Notes: generated from the sequence alone by a model not told the origin. DNA of 64,000 nt from Porticoccaceae bacterium (GCA_017858135.1 JAFMBY010000001.1:18628-82627); one strand, 5' to 3'; shown: positions 19,229 through 29,115, counted from the first letter of the stretch. Program-made: numbers and translations.

Positions 19229-20518
19229 ATGAATGTATTGGTTATTGGGTCAGGTGGCCGTGAACATGCACTGGCATGGAAGGCCGCTCAGAGCACCGAC
19301 GTAGAAACGGTCTTTGTGGCACCGGGCAATGCTGGCACCGCCAGAGAAGCCAAGGTTAAAAATATCGCCATTGGCATAGACAACTTTGCAGCACTGGCTG
19401 ATTTTGCTAGTGCCAATAATGTCGGCCTGACCATCGTCGGTCCCGAGCAGCCGCTGGTCGATGGCATTGTCGACTTCTTTAACCAACGTGACCTGCCAAT
19501 CTTCGGCCCATCGCAAGGCGCTGCGCAACTTGAGGGCTCGAAGGCCTTTACCAAGGACTTTTTGTTGCGACACCAGATTCCCACCGGCGATTACCAGAAC
19601 TTTACCGATATAGATGACGCCATGGCTTACCTGCATCAAGTCGGCGCGCCAATTGTGATCAAAGCAGATGGTTTGGCCGCCGGTAAAGGCGTGATTGTGG
19701 CACTGACATTAGCCGAAGCGGAAGCGGCGGTTAAAGATATGCTGGCTGGTAATGCCTTTGGCGATGCTGGACATCGCGTGGTGATTGAAGAATTCCTCGA
19801 CGGCGAAGAAGCCAGTTTTATTGTCATGGTGGACGGTAAAAATGTTTTGCCCATGGCGACCAGCCAAGATCACAAACGCGTGGGCGATGGCGACACTGGC
19901 GTTAATACCGGCGGTATGGGAGCCTACTCTCCGGCACCTGTTGTGGATGATGTTATTTTTCAACGCATTATGGATGAAGTGATTTATCCAACTGTCCGCG
20001 GCATGGCCGCTGAAGGCAACGATTACACTGGGTTTCTCTACGCCGGGCTGATGATCATGGCCGACGGCACGCCCAAGGTAATCGAATATAACTGTCGCTT
20101 TGGCGACCCTGAGACTCAGCCCATTTTGCTGCGTTTACAATCCAACTTGGTCAGTCACTGTCTCGCGGCACTGGATGGCACATTGGATAGTCAGCAGGCT
20201 CTGTGGGATCCGCGCCCTGCGGTTGGCGTCGTACTGGCAGCGGGAGGTTATCCCGGCAGCTATACTAAGGGCGACGCGATAACAGGGCTCGACAGTTTGG
20301 GCAGCTCCATTGCAAAAATATTTCACGCTGGCACCGCTATTAATGGCGATCAGGTTGTCACCAATGGTGGGCGTGTACTCTGCGCCACGGCGCTCGGCAA
20401 CAGCGTCGCCGAGGCACAGCAAGCGGCTTATAAACTTGCTGCCAAAATCGAGTTTCAAGGTGTCTTTAAACGTAGTGATATTGCGTGGCGTGCAATAGAG
20501 CGCGAGCAGCAGGGTTAA
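19229..20518 (+). CDS. purD: Phosphoribosylamine-glycine ligase
   Basis: VIGSGGREHALAW, KADGLAAGKGV, GVNTGGMGAY, EYNCRFGDPE. Confidence 0.98.
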   Translation: MNVLVIGSGGREHALAWKAAQSTDVETVFVAPGNAGTAREAKVKNIAIGIDNFAALADFASANNVGLTIVGPEQPLVDGIVDFFNQRDLPIFGPSQGAAQLEGSKAFTKDFLLRHQIPTGDYQNFTDIDDAMAYLHQVGAPIVIKADGLAAGKGVIVALTLAEAEAAVKDMLAGNAFGDAGHRVVIEEFLDGEEASFIVMVDGKNVLPMATSQDHKRVGDGDTGVNTGGMGAYSPAPVVDDVIFQRIMDEVIYPTVRGMAAEGNDYTGFLYAGLMIMADGTPKVIEYNCRFGDPETQPILLRLQSNLVSHCLAALDGTLDSQQALWDPRPAVGVVLAAGGYPGSYTKGDAITGLDSLGSSIAKIFHAGTAINGDQVVTNGGRVLCATALGNSVAEAQQAAYKLAAKIEFQGVFKRSDIAWRAIEREQQG

Positions 20519-20631
20519 CCTTAAAAATGACTCTAGTGTTGTGCAAGATGGACAACCACAGCCAAAGTCACTAAAGTTCTGGGTGTTAATATCCAAGTAA
20601 AACTTTAACCACCGCTAATCCGGGACAAACC

Positions 20632-21288
20632 ATGTCGCAGTCGACGTCAAAACCAACGCTTTCAGTATTTGATCAGTTTGTAGTTCAAGCCGATCAGGCT
20701 CTACGCACACTTGCGGGCAGCGCACCAGCGCCTCAACGAGGCTCACCTGGCAAACATGCATCGGAAAGCGAGTTGTCAGAGCAGGAACGGCGGCATGCAG
20801 CAGGGTTAATGCGCGTCAATCATTCCGGCGAAGTCTGTGCGCAAGCGCTTTATCAGGGTCAGGCTCTTACCGCGAAGCTTCCTGAAGTGGGTCAGCAGAT
20901 GGCTGAAGCAGCGGCTGAAGAGATAGACCATCTGGCTTGGTGCGAAGAGCGAATCAGTCAGCTTGATGGTAGAACCAGTCTGCTCAATCCCCTGTGGTAT
21001 GCCGCCTCGTTTGGTATTGGTGCCGCAGCAGGCTTGATTAGTGACAAGCTTAGCCTCGGTTTTGTCGCCGCCACCGAGGAGCAGGTCTGTAATCACCTGC
21101 AAGCCCATTTAGACAAACTGCCTGAGAATGATCACAAAAGCCGCGCTGTGATTGAACAGATGCTGGTCGATGAAAAACATCATGCCGAAAGCGCACTCGA
21201 TGCCGGTGGCCACCCATTTCCAAGACCGGTGAAAAAACTTATGACTCTGGTCTCCGGCGCAATGACTGCAAGCAGTTATCGCCTCTAG
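20632..21288 (+). CDS. coq7: Demethoxyubiquinone hydroxylase (di-iron)
   Basis: [34 protein letters not shown] di-iron motifs. Confidence 0.94.
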   Translation: MSQSTSKPTLSVFDQFVVQADQALRTLAGSAPAPQRGSPGKHASESELSEQERRHAAGLMRVNHSGEVCAQALYQGQALTAKLPEVGQQMAEAAAEEIDHLAWCEERISQLDGRTSLLNPLWYAASFGIGAAAGLISDKLSLGFVAATEEQVCNHLQAHLDKLPENDHKSRAVIEQMLVDEKHHAESALDAGGHPFPRPVKKLMTLVSGAMTASSYRL

Positions 21289-21299
21289 TCAAAACGCCC

Positions 21300-22274
21300 T
21301 TAATCGAACAGCATCGACTGAGGCTCGTGGGGGTTTTCCAAATCGCGAGCCAAATCGACAATCTTCTCCGACAACCAGCGATGAATGGGCGAACCCATCG
21401 TGCGCTTATGCTGAAGTAATACCAACGGAACTGTTCCCTCGTGAGGAAGGTCGTCGGGGTAGGCTTTGGTGACGATACGATAAAGCTCGCGCTCCATACC
21501 AGAACCAAATTTAGCCGCCACCATCAAGCAATCAGAAGCACAGATGGTTTCAATCGCTGTCATCAGCTGGTTGGTGACCATGGCTTTTGAACGCTGACGA
21601 CCCTGCTCTCGGAGCGCCCGGTCAAAACGGGCATCCGTGCGCGCACTGACACGCTTAGCAATCAACAAATAGTACTGAACAAAGGGGTATTGAAGAATTT
21701 CATCCAGACTGACACGGGTTTTCTTCGCTAGTGGATGACCTTCACGCATCCAGATGGACGGACTAAAAATAGCCAAGTGAAGCGCAGTAATCTCGCTGGT
21801 GATATCTCTTTTTATATCAATGGCAAAATCCAATACGCCATCAGCCAACTCTCCGGCAACAGAATCGGTCTCACTAGAAATAGACAGAATCACCCCCGGC
21901 GCATATTTGTTCAATAGTGCGGTCAACTGAGACGCGAGCGAGATCGCAATAAATTCAGGGATCGCGATAGTAATCTCTCCAACATAGGTAGCTGGATCAA
22001 ATTCGCCGTCCGTCACCATATCGAGAATCCCGTCGAGCATTATTGGCAACCTTAACTGCAACTCCAGCGCCTTGGGTGTGGGAATTAATATATTGCCGGT
22101 ACGTGTAAACAACGGATCATCCAGCTGCTGACGCAGCCGTTGCAATACACGACTCATCGCCGGCTGAGTAATAAACAGACGTTGCGCAGCGCGAGTAACA
22201 CTTTTCTCTTCTAGTAGAGCTTGAAGCGCAACCAATAAATTGAGGTCCATGCGGGACAGTTTTTGGAGATTCAT
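21300..22274 (-). CDS. LysR-family transcriptional regulator (NodD/LeuO-like)
   Basis: DLNLLVALQALLEEKSVTRAAQRLFITQPAMSRVLQRLR HTH; LDDPLFTR; substrate-binding domain. Confidence 0.93.
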   Translation of the reverse strand: MNLQKLSRMDLNLLVALQALLEEKSVTRAAQRLFITQPAMSRVLQRLRQQLDDPLFTRTGNILIPTPKALELQLRLPIMLDGILDMVTDGEFDPATYVGEITIAIPEFIAISLASQLTALLNKYAPGVILSISSETDSVAGELADGVLDFAIDIKRDITSEITALHLAIFSPSIWMREGHPLAKKTRVSLDEILQYPFVQYYLLIAKRVSARTDARFDRALREQGRQRSKAMVTNQLMTAIETICASDCLMVAAKFGSGMERELYRIVTKAYPDDLPHEGTVPLVLLQHKRTMGSPIHRWLSEKIVDLARDLENPHEPQSMLFD

Positions 22275-22288
22275 GGGCCACTCTCATG

Positions 22289-22356
22289 TCATTACAAAAT
22301 GGTATATAAATAATGCAAACAATGCATTTGGATTATGACATAGCTATCAGTATATT
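22289..22356 (+). promoter_or_regulatory. LysR operator plus sigma70 promoter, copy 1
   Basis: T-N11-A box, ATGCA-N5-TGCAT (22313-22327) abutting -35 TTGGAT, 17-bp spacer, -10 TATATT. Confidence 0.72.
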
Positions 22357-22402
22357 GTCACACATAGGGCGATGTGCCCATAAACACCCACGGAGATAGA
22401 CC

Positions 22403-22525
22403 ATGACACTCGTATATATTCTAATCGGATTCACTGGATTAGCGGGTGCTGCAATTGCGAAAGATGACTTCGCGAACGTTAAAGCACCAAAAATCAAAGC
22501 TTCAGATAAGACGCTGGCCCACTAA
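22403..22525 (+). CDS. Small 40-aa protein MTLVYILIGFTGLAGAAIAKDDFANVKAPKIKASDKTLAH
   Basis: GGAG SD 7 nt upstream; lies between promoter copy 1 and a terminator; hydrophobic N-terminal half; below the ORF-track cutoff. Confidence 0.7.
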   Translation: MTLVYILIGFTGLAGAAIAKDDFANVKAPKIKASDKTLAH

Positions 22526-22577
22526 GCCAACGGCTTCTAGCCAAACCCCTCTTAATCCTTGCTATAGGATTTTTTAT

Positions 22578-22606
22578 AGGGGCCCATCACTGGGCCCCTT
22601 TTTTTT
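22578..22606 (+). terminator. Rho-independent terminator of unit 1
   Basis: AGGGGCCCA-tcac-TGGGCCCCT followed by a T run. Confidence 0.85.
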
Positions 22607-22705
22607 ATCCCGTAAAAAAGTCTCTCTGAATATTCTCTATGCACGATTTACATTGCGCGTGGTCAGAATGCGATACATTTCCTCACCACAGTTTCCTTCT
22701 CTACA

Positions 22706-22773
22706 TCATTACAAAATGGTATAACTATAATGCAAATAATGCATTTGCAGTATGATGCTGAGATTTCTAATAT
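22706..22773 (+). promoter_or_regulatory. LysR operator plus sigma70 promoter, copy 2
   Basis: 44/50 nt identical to copy 1 without gaps; ATGCA-N5-TGCAT (22730-22744), -35 TTGCAG, 17 bp, -10 TAATAT. Confidence 0.72.
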
Positions 22774-22779
22774 AAGGGC

Positions 22780-22903
22780 ATTGAAGTTGTACACAGTTTT
22801 CAAGACTTGCTGATTAGCAGTTCTTAACAGTTTTACCCCTACCCCTTCCTTTGTGATTTATCCAAGGATTTTTTAAGGAGCCTTCCTCAGGCTCCTTTTT
22901 TTT
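22780..22903 (+). ncRNA. Candidate ~125-nt small regulatory RNA
   Basis: Bounded by promoter copy 2 and a strong terminator; no SD/ATG ORF; C/U-rich CCCCT repeats and small hairpins. Confidence 0.6.
22875..22903 (+). terminator. Rho-independent terminator of unit 2
   Basis: AAGGAGCCT-tcctc-AGGCTCCTT followed by a T run. Confidence 0.85.
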
Positions 22904-22934
22904 GTCTGCGATTTAGGCCAATGGCAAAGCTCGT

Positions 22935-23354
22935 TCAGGCTTCAATCACCTCATAGCTATGAGTCATCTCTACTCCAGCAGCATTGAGCATAATTGATGC
23001 AGAGCAATACTTTTCAGCTGACAGCTCTACGGCACGCTTAACCTGACTCTCTTTGAGGCCGATTCCAGTCACTAGAAAACGTAGATGAATCTTGCTAAAC
23101 ACGGCCGGCACGGCATCGACTCGCTCAGCCTCGACCTCAGTGCGGCAATCGGTCACCTGCTGGCGACTTTTTGTCAGCATGCTCATTACGTCAAATGAAG
23201 CACAACCGCCCAAGCCTAGCAGCAACATCTCCATAGGCCGAATGCCCATATTGCGACCACCCTGACTTTCGGCACCATCCATGACTGCCGTGTGGCCGCT
23301 CCCAGACTCACCGAGAAACATAACACCGTCTACCCATTTGATTGTCGCTTTCAT
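22935..23354 (-). CDS. OsmC/YhfA family protein
   Basis: Start ATG 23354 (MKATIKW); RPMEMLLLGLGGCASFDV and SAEKYCSASIM with two conserved Cys; divergent from crp as yhfA usually is. Confidence 0.9.
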   Translation of the reverse strand: MKATIKWVDGVMFLGESGSGHTAVMDGAESQGGRNMGIRPMEMLLLGLGGCASFDVMSMLTKSRQQVTDCRTEVEAERVDAVPAVFSKIHLRFLVTGIGLKESQVKRAVELSAEKYCSASIMLNAAGVEMTHSYEVIEA

Positions 23355-23508
23355 AGTTTGCCTCGTTTTTGATGGGGCAAAGATTACCATACCGAATGCT
23401 GTAAAATTTATTCATAACAAGGTTTTTTTGACTACTATTAGTTTTAAGAGTCGCATATAAACCTCATATAAAGCGGCATGTTGCTAAACTTGTAAATGGA
23501 GAAACAAA

Positions 23509-24144
23509 TTGGCGCCTGCACCTCTCACACCGCATATTGAAAATGTGGAAGAATTCTTATCTCACTGTCACAGACGCCGATATCCGGCAAAAAGCACGAT
23601 TATTTATGCTGGCGACCAAGGAGATACCCTCTACTACATTATCAAGGGCTCGGTCACAGTCATGATTGAAGATGATAGTGACGGTAAAGAAATAATCCTT
23701 GCCTATCTTAATCCAGGTGATTTTTTTGGCGAAATGGGTCTCTTTGACCAACAGCACCGCAGCGCTTGGATCCGCACAAAGGCCGAATGTGAGGTAGGGG
23801 AAATTAGCTACGCTAAATTTATTGAGCTAAGCAACAAGTACCCGGCATTTCTCTTTGCCATCAGCAAGCAGGTCGCGCAACGTCTGAGAGACACAACCCG
23901 CAAAGTCAGTGACCTTGCATTTCTTGATGTTACCGGTCGCGTGGCGAGAACGTTGCTGGATCTTTGCAAAGAGCCTGACGCAATGACCCATCCAGATGGT
24001 ATGCAAATCAAGATTACGCGCCAGGAGATCGGCCGCATCGTCGGCTGCTCAAGGGAGATGGTTGGACGTGTGCTCAAAGAGCTGGAAGGTCAGGGACTGG
24101 TGTCCGTGGCCGGCAAAACCATGGTGGTATTTGGCACCCGCTAA
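23509..24144 (+). CDS. crp: cAMP receptor protein (Crp/Vfr)
   Basis: [18 protein letters not shown] cNMP pocket, [24 protein letters not shown]; TTG start with GGAG SD. Confidence 0.96.
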   Translation: MAPAPLTPHIENVEEFLSHCHRRRYPAKSTIIYAGDQGDTLYYIIKGSVTVMIEDDSDGKEIILAYLNPGDFFGEMGLFDQQHRSAWIRTKAECEVGEISYAKFIELSNKYPAFLFAISKQVAQRLRDTTRKVSDLAFLDVTGRVARTLLDLCKEPDAMTHPDGMQIKITRQEIGRIVGCSREMVGRVLKELEGQGLVSVAGKTMVVFGTR

Positions 24145-24941
24145 TTAAACAGCTCCGCTAGCCGCTCACCGGGCCGCTCGCTACGCATAAATGCTTCGCC
24201 AACCAAAAAGCTGTTGACATTGCGCGCGCGCATGGCGGCGACATCTTCGGCGCTGTGGATCCCGCTCTCGGTGATAACAATCTTGCCAGCGGGGATTTTA
24301 TCGAGCAGCTGATAGGTATTGTCGAGGGAAACCTCAAAGCTGTGCAGGTTGCGATTGTTGATGCCAACCATTTGATTGTCCAATTTAAGCGCCACGTCCA
24401 GCTCCGCTCCGTCATGCACTTCAATCAGCACATCCATACCCAGCGATTGCGCCAAGTCGTGCAGATGGGTCAACTGCTGTTCGGTCAATGCCGAGACAAT
24501 CAATAAAATGCAATCTGCACCCATGGCGCGAGCCTCATAGACCTGATAGTCGTCGATGATAAAATCTTTGCGGATTACTGGTAGTTGCGTCGCTTCGCGG
24601 GCCACCCGCAAATACTCATCGGCACCCTGAAAGAAATCCACATCGGTCAAGACCGACAGGCAAGCTGCCCCACCCTGCTCATAACTCTCGGCAATGGCGG
24701 CTGGATCAAAGTCCTCGCGGATCACGCCTCTACTGGGAGAGGCCTTTTTAATTTCGGCAATCACGGCAGATTGCCCTGCGGCTATTTTTGCGGCCAGTGC
24801 GGCGGCAAATCCTCTGGGAGACGGGGCCGACTGGGCTTTTTCAATCAACTGGGCGACAGAGGTCACTGCGCTGCGCTCAGCAATCTCTTCATGCTTACGG
24901 TCGAGGATTTTTTTCAAGATCGTGGGTGTATCGGAGCTCAT
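24141..24941 (-). CDS. trpC: Indole-3-glycerol phosphate synthase
   Basis: [37 protein letters not shown]. Confidence 0.97.
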   Translation of the reverse strand: MSSDTPTILKKILDRKHEEIAERSAVTSVAQLIEKAQSAPSPRGFAAALAAKIAAGQSAVIAEIKKASPSRGVIREDFDPAAIAESYEQGGAACLSVLTDVDFFQGADEYLRVAREATQLPVIRKDFIIDDYQVYEARAMGADCILLIVSALTEQQLTHLHDLAQSLGMDVLIEVHDGAELDVALKLDNQMVGINNRNLHSFEVSLDNTYQLLDKIPAGKIVITESGIHSAEDVAAMRARNVNSFLVGEAFMRSERPGERLAELFN

Positions 24942-24960
24942 TTTAGTTTCTCGCTGTTTT

Positions 24961-25998
24961 TTAGGCGTCTTGCTGGACCTGAGTAAAAGTCGCCAGATCA
25001 GTTAGTTTAGCCCTCGCCAATCCTGCGCCTATGGCGTCCTGCGCCATGGCAACGCCTTCTTTAATGCTATCGGCACAGCCAGCCACGTAAAGTGCCGCAC
25101 CGGCATTAAGGGCGATCAGATCGGCGGCTTTTGAGCCATTGGCCGTTGCTCGCTTGCCTAGTGCGTCTTTAATCAGCTCCAGGGACTGCTCGGCGTTATC
25201 GACGCTCAGGCCATCGAGGCTCTGACGCGCCAGCATAAAGTCTTCAGGGGCAATGGCGTATTCACTAACGACACCGTTCTTGTATTCAGCCACTGCGGTT
25301 TCCGTGGCGATGCTGATTTCATCGAGGCCATCGGCGGAGTGCACCACCATAATATGTTCAGCACCCAGACGCCCGAGCACCTCGGCCATGGGCTTGCAAA
25401 GGGCTTGGTCATAGACACCAATTAACTGCCGGGTAACCCCTGCAGGATTGGTCATGGGGCCAAGGATATTAAAAATAGTTCGCAGGCCAAGTTCGCGACG
25501 CGGGCCAATCGCATGCTTCATGGCGCTGTGATGGGCCGGTGCAAACATAAAGCCGACGCCTAACTCTTGTACGCAGAGCGCCACCTGATCGGGGCTGAGA
25601 TTTAAATTAACGCCGGCGGCTTCGAGGACATCGGCGGCGCCACTGTTGCTGCTGACTGAGCGATTGCCATGCTTGGCAACAGAACCACCGGCTGCGGCAA
25701 CCACAAAGGTTGCAGCAGTAGAGACATTAAATAGATTCGACTCATCGCCGCCAGTGCCCACTATATCCACCAGGCCTTCGCCGGATACGGTGACCCCAGT
25801 CACCAATTCACGCATGACTTCAACGGCGCCAGCGATCTCATCGATGCTCTCACCTTTCATGCGCAGGGCAACGAGAAAAGCGCCAATTTGAGCTTCGCTG
25901 GCATTGCCGGTCATGATCTGACGCATCACATCACGCATTTCTGCGGCGCAAAGATTTGTCCCCAGCACAACGGTTTCTAATGCTTGCTTGATATCCAT
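24961..25998 (-). CDS. trpD: Anthranilate phosphoribosyltransferase
   Basis: [32 protein letters not shown]; ATG at 25998. Confidence 0.97.
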   Translation of the reverse strand: MDIKQALETVVLGTNLCAAEMRDVMRQIMTGNASEAQIGAFLVALRMKGESIDEIAGAVEVMRELVTGVTVSGEGLVDIVGTGGDESNLFNVSTAATFVVAAAGGSVAKHGNRSVSSNSGAADVLEAAGVNLNLSPDQVALCVQELGVGFMFAPAHHSAMKHAIGPRRELGLRTIFNILGPMTNPAGVTRQLIGVYDQALCKPMAEVLGRLGAEHIMVVHSADGLDEISIATETAVAEYKNGVVSEYAIAPEDFMLARQSLDGLSVDNAEQSLELIKDALGKRATANGSKAADLIALNAGAALYVAGCADSIKEGVAMAQDAIGAGLARAKLTDLATFTQVQQDA

Positions 25999-26000
25999 GC

Positions 26001-26579
26001 TCAACCCTCGAGGAAATTATTCAGCAGGTCATGGCCATGCTGGGTCAGTATTGATTCAGGATGGAATTGCACACCTTCAATGGACAGTTCTTTGTGACGC
26101 ACCCCCATAATTTCATCGAGACTGCCATCGTCATTTGCAGTCCAAGCGGTGATTTCGAGGCAGCGGGGCAGACTGCTCTGCTCTATGACCAAAGAGTGAT
26201 AGCGAGTCGCTTCGAAGGGGTTGCTCAGCCCCGTAAATACGCCACTACTACTATGGTGTATAAACGAGGTTTTACCGTGCATGACCTGCTTGGCACGAAT
26301 AATCTTGCCGCCAAAAGCCTGACCGATGCTCTGGTGCCCAAGGCATATCCCCAGAATCGGCACGCGCCCGGCAAAATGCGTGATGGTCTCTACCGAGATG
26401 CCCGCTTCGTTGGGTGTGCAAGGACCTGGCGAAATAACAATTTTTTCCGGCGCTAGACGCTCGATATCGGCAATGCTGATCTCGTCGTTACGGTAGACCT
26501 GCACATCCGCTTTTAACTCGGCGAGATACTGAACCACGTTATAGGTGAATGAGTCATAATTATCGATCATTAATATCAC
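26001..26579 (-). CDS. trpG: Anthranilate synthase component II (glutamine amidotransferase)
   Basis: [31 protein letters not shown]. Confidence 0.96.
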   Translation of the reverse strand: MILMIDNYDSFTYNVVQYLAELKADVQVYRNDEISIADIERLAPEKIVISPGPCTPNEAGISVETITHFAGRVPILGICLGHQSIGQAFGGKIIRAKQVMHGKTSFIHHSSSGVFTGLSNPFEATRYHSLVIEQSSLPRCLEITAWTANDDGSLDEIMGVRHKELSIEGVQFHPESILTQHGHDLLNNFLEG

Positions 26580-28066
26580 TTATACTCTCCGGTCACTTTC
26601 TCGCAAACCATTGCCGCCGCGCGCATCAGCGCTCGGGCTTTATTGTTGGTCTCTTTCCATTCCAGCTCGGGAATGGAGTCCGCGACAACGCCAGCTCCAG
26701 CCTGAACATGCAGCTTGTTGTCTTTTATCACAGCAGTGCGGATGGCGATGGCGGTATCCATATTGCCATTCCAACCTATATAGCCCACTGCGCCACCGTA
26801 AATATTACGTTTCACCGGCTCAAGCTCATCAATAATTTCCATGGCGCGAATTTTCGGTGCGCCACTCAGGGTGCCAGCCGGAAGTGTTGCCTTCAACACT
26901 TCCAGTGCGCCCATACCATCAGTGACTTCACCCACTACATTAGAAGTGATGTGCATAACATGGGAATAGCGTTCGACGACCATTTTTTCCGTCACTTCAA
27001 CCGTTCCGGTTTTACTGATTCGTCCGACATCATTGCGACCGAGATCAATCAGCATAAGATGTTCAGCAATTTCCTTGGGATCGGCGAGCATCTCATCTTC
27101 CATCGCTTGATCTTCTTCGGCCGTAGCGCCACGTTTACGCGTCCCGGCAATCGGCCTCACCGTCACCTGCCCGTCTTCGAGACGCGCAAGTACCTCTGGC
27201 GATGATCCGACAATTTGAAAACCGTCAAGATCGAGAAAATACATATAGGGAGATGGGTTGAGGCGTCGCAGCGCGCGATAAAGATTGATCGGTTCAGCGT
27301 GAAATGGTGCCGACAGCCGCTGCGATGGAACCACCTGCATGACGTCACCGGCGATTACATAGTCTTTCACTTTATTAACCGCGGCTTTAAAGTCATGCTC
27401 ACCGAAACTCGACACAAAGTCTTGCTCAGAGAGGCCATCGGCAGCCATATTCATCGGCGGCAGCTGCGGCACTGATTGCTCCAATTGACCTTCTATTTGA
27501 TCCAAGCGAGCTTCCGCTTTGGCCAGTGCATCGGCGTCTTTAGCATCCACATGAACCACTAGCATGATGGTGCCAGAAAGATTATCGAAGATCGCCACCT
27601 CATCTGACGCCATCAACAGGATGTCTGGCGTGCCCAACTCATCGGGAGGCGCGCTGAGGGCGAGTCGAGGCTCAACAAAGCGCACTGTATCATAGCCAAA
27701 ATAACCGACTAGACCGCCGGTAAAGCGAGGCAGGCCGGGAAGGTCGGGCATGCTAAACAACTGCCGGAAGCGCTCTACCTCAGCTAATGGATCGCTGGTT
27801 TCACGATTGACCATGGCTTTGCCATCACGAATAATTTCGAGTCGTGTGCCAAATACTTTAAGGACCGTAGAGGTGTGCAGACCAATCAGTGAGTAGCGGC
27901 CCCATTTCTCACCGCCCTGAACTGATTCAAACAGATAAGAATTTGGCCCAAAAGCCAACTTTAAATAGACACTGAGGGGCGTTTCGAGATCAGCTAGCAC
28001 CTCGCGGGTAACTGGAATACGATTGTAGTCTTGGCGGGCTAACTCAGAAAATTGTTCGGGGGTCAT
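26576..28066 (-). CDS. trpE: Anthranilate synthase component I
   Basis: [56 protein letters not shown]. Confidence 0.97.
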   Translation of the reverse strand: MTPEQFSELARQDYNRIPVTREVLADLETPLSVYLKLAFGPNSYLFESVQGGEKWGRYSLIGLHTSTVLKVFGTRLEIIRDGKAMVNRETSDPLAEVERFRQLFSMPDLPGLPRFTGGLVGYFGYDTVRFVEPRLALSAPPDELGTPDILLMASDEVAIFDNLSGTIMLVVHVDAKDADALAKAEARLDQIEGQLEQSVPQLPPMNMAADGLSEQDFVSSFGEHDFKAAVNKVKDYVIAGDVMQVVPSQRLSAPFHAEPINLYRALRRLNPSPYMYFLDLDGFQIVGSSPEVLARLEDGQVTVRPIAGTRKRGATAEEDQAMEDEMLADPKEIAEHLMLIDLGRNDVGRISKTGTVEVTEKMVVERYSHVMHITSNVVGEVTDGMGALEVLKATLPAGTLSGAPKIRAMEIIDELEPVKRNIYGGAVGYIGWNGNMDTAIAIRTAVIKDNKLHVQAGAGVVADSIPELEWKETNNKARALMRAAAMVCEKVTGEYK

Positions 28067-28103
28067 AGTCGGGTCCTAGTTCTGTAACAGAGTGGTATTG
28101 TGC

Positions 28104-28119
28104 AGGCGCCAGTGCGCCT
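28104..28119 (-). promoter_or_regulatory. GC-rich hairpin downstream of the trp leader ORF
   Basis: AGGCGC-actg-GCGCCT on the minus strand; not followed by a U-tract. Confidence 0.5.
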
Positions 28120-28127
28120 CGGCTGCT

Positions 28128-28190
28128 CTAGCTGCGCCAACGCCACGTATGACAATGACTGCCAAACTGTTTAGAACTCGAATCTTTCAC
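28128..28190 (-). CDS. trpL: trp operon leader peptide MKDSSSKQFGSHCHTWRWRS
   Basis: GGAG SD, GTG start, TGG-CGT-TGG-CGC near the end; stop 62 nt upstream of the trpE ATG. Confidence 0.8.
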   Translation of the reverse strand: MKDSSSKQFGSHCHTWRWRS

Positions 28191-28287
28191 AAACCGTCTC
28201 CGATACACTGGTTGCTATTGTAATCAATTGAATCGACGCAACAACCGCCAACGCGAAAAGATTATTCAATATCCTGACTCTGGCCTA

Positions 28288-28956
28288 CTACGCTTTTGCC
28301 AGCTCGCTGCGCATACGGCCAATTACCTGCGCATAATCTTCGGCGCCAAAGATTGCCGAGCCAGCGACAAAGGTATCAGCACCAGCCGCCGCAATCTGAC
28401 GAATATTCTGCACCGTCACACCGCCATCTATTTCAAGACGAATATCCTGCCCGCTGCTGTCGATCAGCTTGCGTGCTTGCGCGAGCTTATCCAGTGTGGC
28501 AGGGATAAATTTCTGACCACCAAAGCCCGGGTTAACTGACATCAGTAAGAGCATATCCATCTTATCCATCACCCAGCGCACCGTTTCCAGACTGGTTGCC
28601 GGGTTCAGCACAAGACCGGCCTTGCAGCCGAGATCTCGGATCAATTGAAGTGAACGATCAACGTGACTCGAGGCCTCGGGATGAAAAGTAATATAGGTCG
28701 CACCGACATCGGCAAACATTCGGATCAGGTCGTCCACAGGTTGCACCATAAGGTGCACATCAATTGGAGCAGTCACACCATGGCCACGCAACGCTTTACA
28801 GACCATAGGACCTATAGTCAGGTTGGGCACATAGTGGTTGTCCATAACATCGAAGTGCACAACATCGGCACCCGCTTCGAGGACAGCGTCGACCTCTTCG
28901 CCCAGACGGGCAAAATTGGCAGACAGGATGGACGGGGCAATCAAAAAATCAGTCAT
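28288..28956 (-). CDS. rpe: Ribulose-phosphate 3-epimerase
   Basis: [45 protein letters not shown]. Confidence 0.97.
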   Translation of the reverse strand: MTDFLIAPSILSANFARLGEEVDAVLEAGADVVHFDVMDNHYVPNLTIGPMVCKALRGHGVTAPIDVHLMVQPVDDLIRMFADVGATYITFHPEASSHVDRSLQLIRDLGCKAGLVLNPATSLETVRWVMDKMDMLLLMSVNPGFGGQKFIPATLDKLAQARKLIDSSGQDIRLEIDGGVTVQNIRQIAAAGADTFVAGSAIFGAEDYAQVIGRMRSELAKA

Positions 28957-29030
28957 AAAACACCAGTAATCATTTTAGGCGTAACTATGCGTGACTTCGT
29001 TATGGGGTGCAAACACTTTGCCCGACAAGA

Positions 29031-29092
29031 ATGTTTTGGCGCTGATAAATGCCAAAACATAAAAAAGACCATTTGCTGCCAAATGGTCTTTT
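29031..29092 (-). terminator. Terminator for the EF-hand gene plus an adjacent second hairpin
   Basis: AAAAGACCATTTG-ctgc-CAAATGGTCTTTT with a U-tract on the minus strand; adjacent ATGTTTTGGC-N10-GCCAAAACAT. Confidence 0.75.
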
Positions 29093-29115
29093 AAGGGGTG
29101 ACAACTTAATACCAC

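Noticed and set aside
22289-22755. CRISPR or IS interpretation of the duplicated 50-bp sequence
   Set aside because: Only two copies 417 bp apart, no cas genes, no transposase or terminal inverted repeats; the promoter elements inside each copy explain it better.
23452-23472. CATATAAA direct repeat upstream of crp
   Set aside because: Too short and AT-rich to distinguish from chance; no matching consensus recognised.
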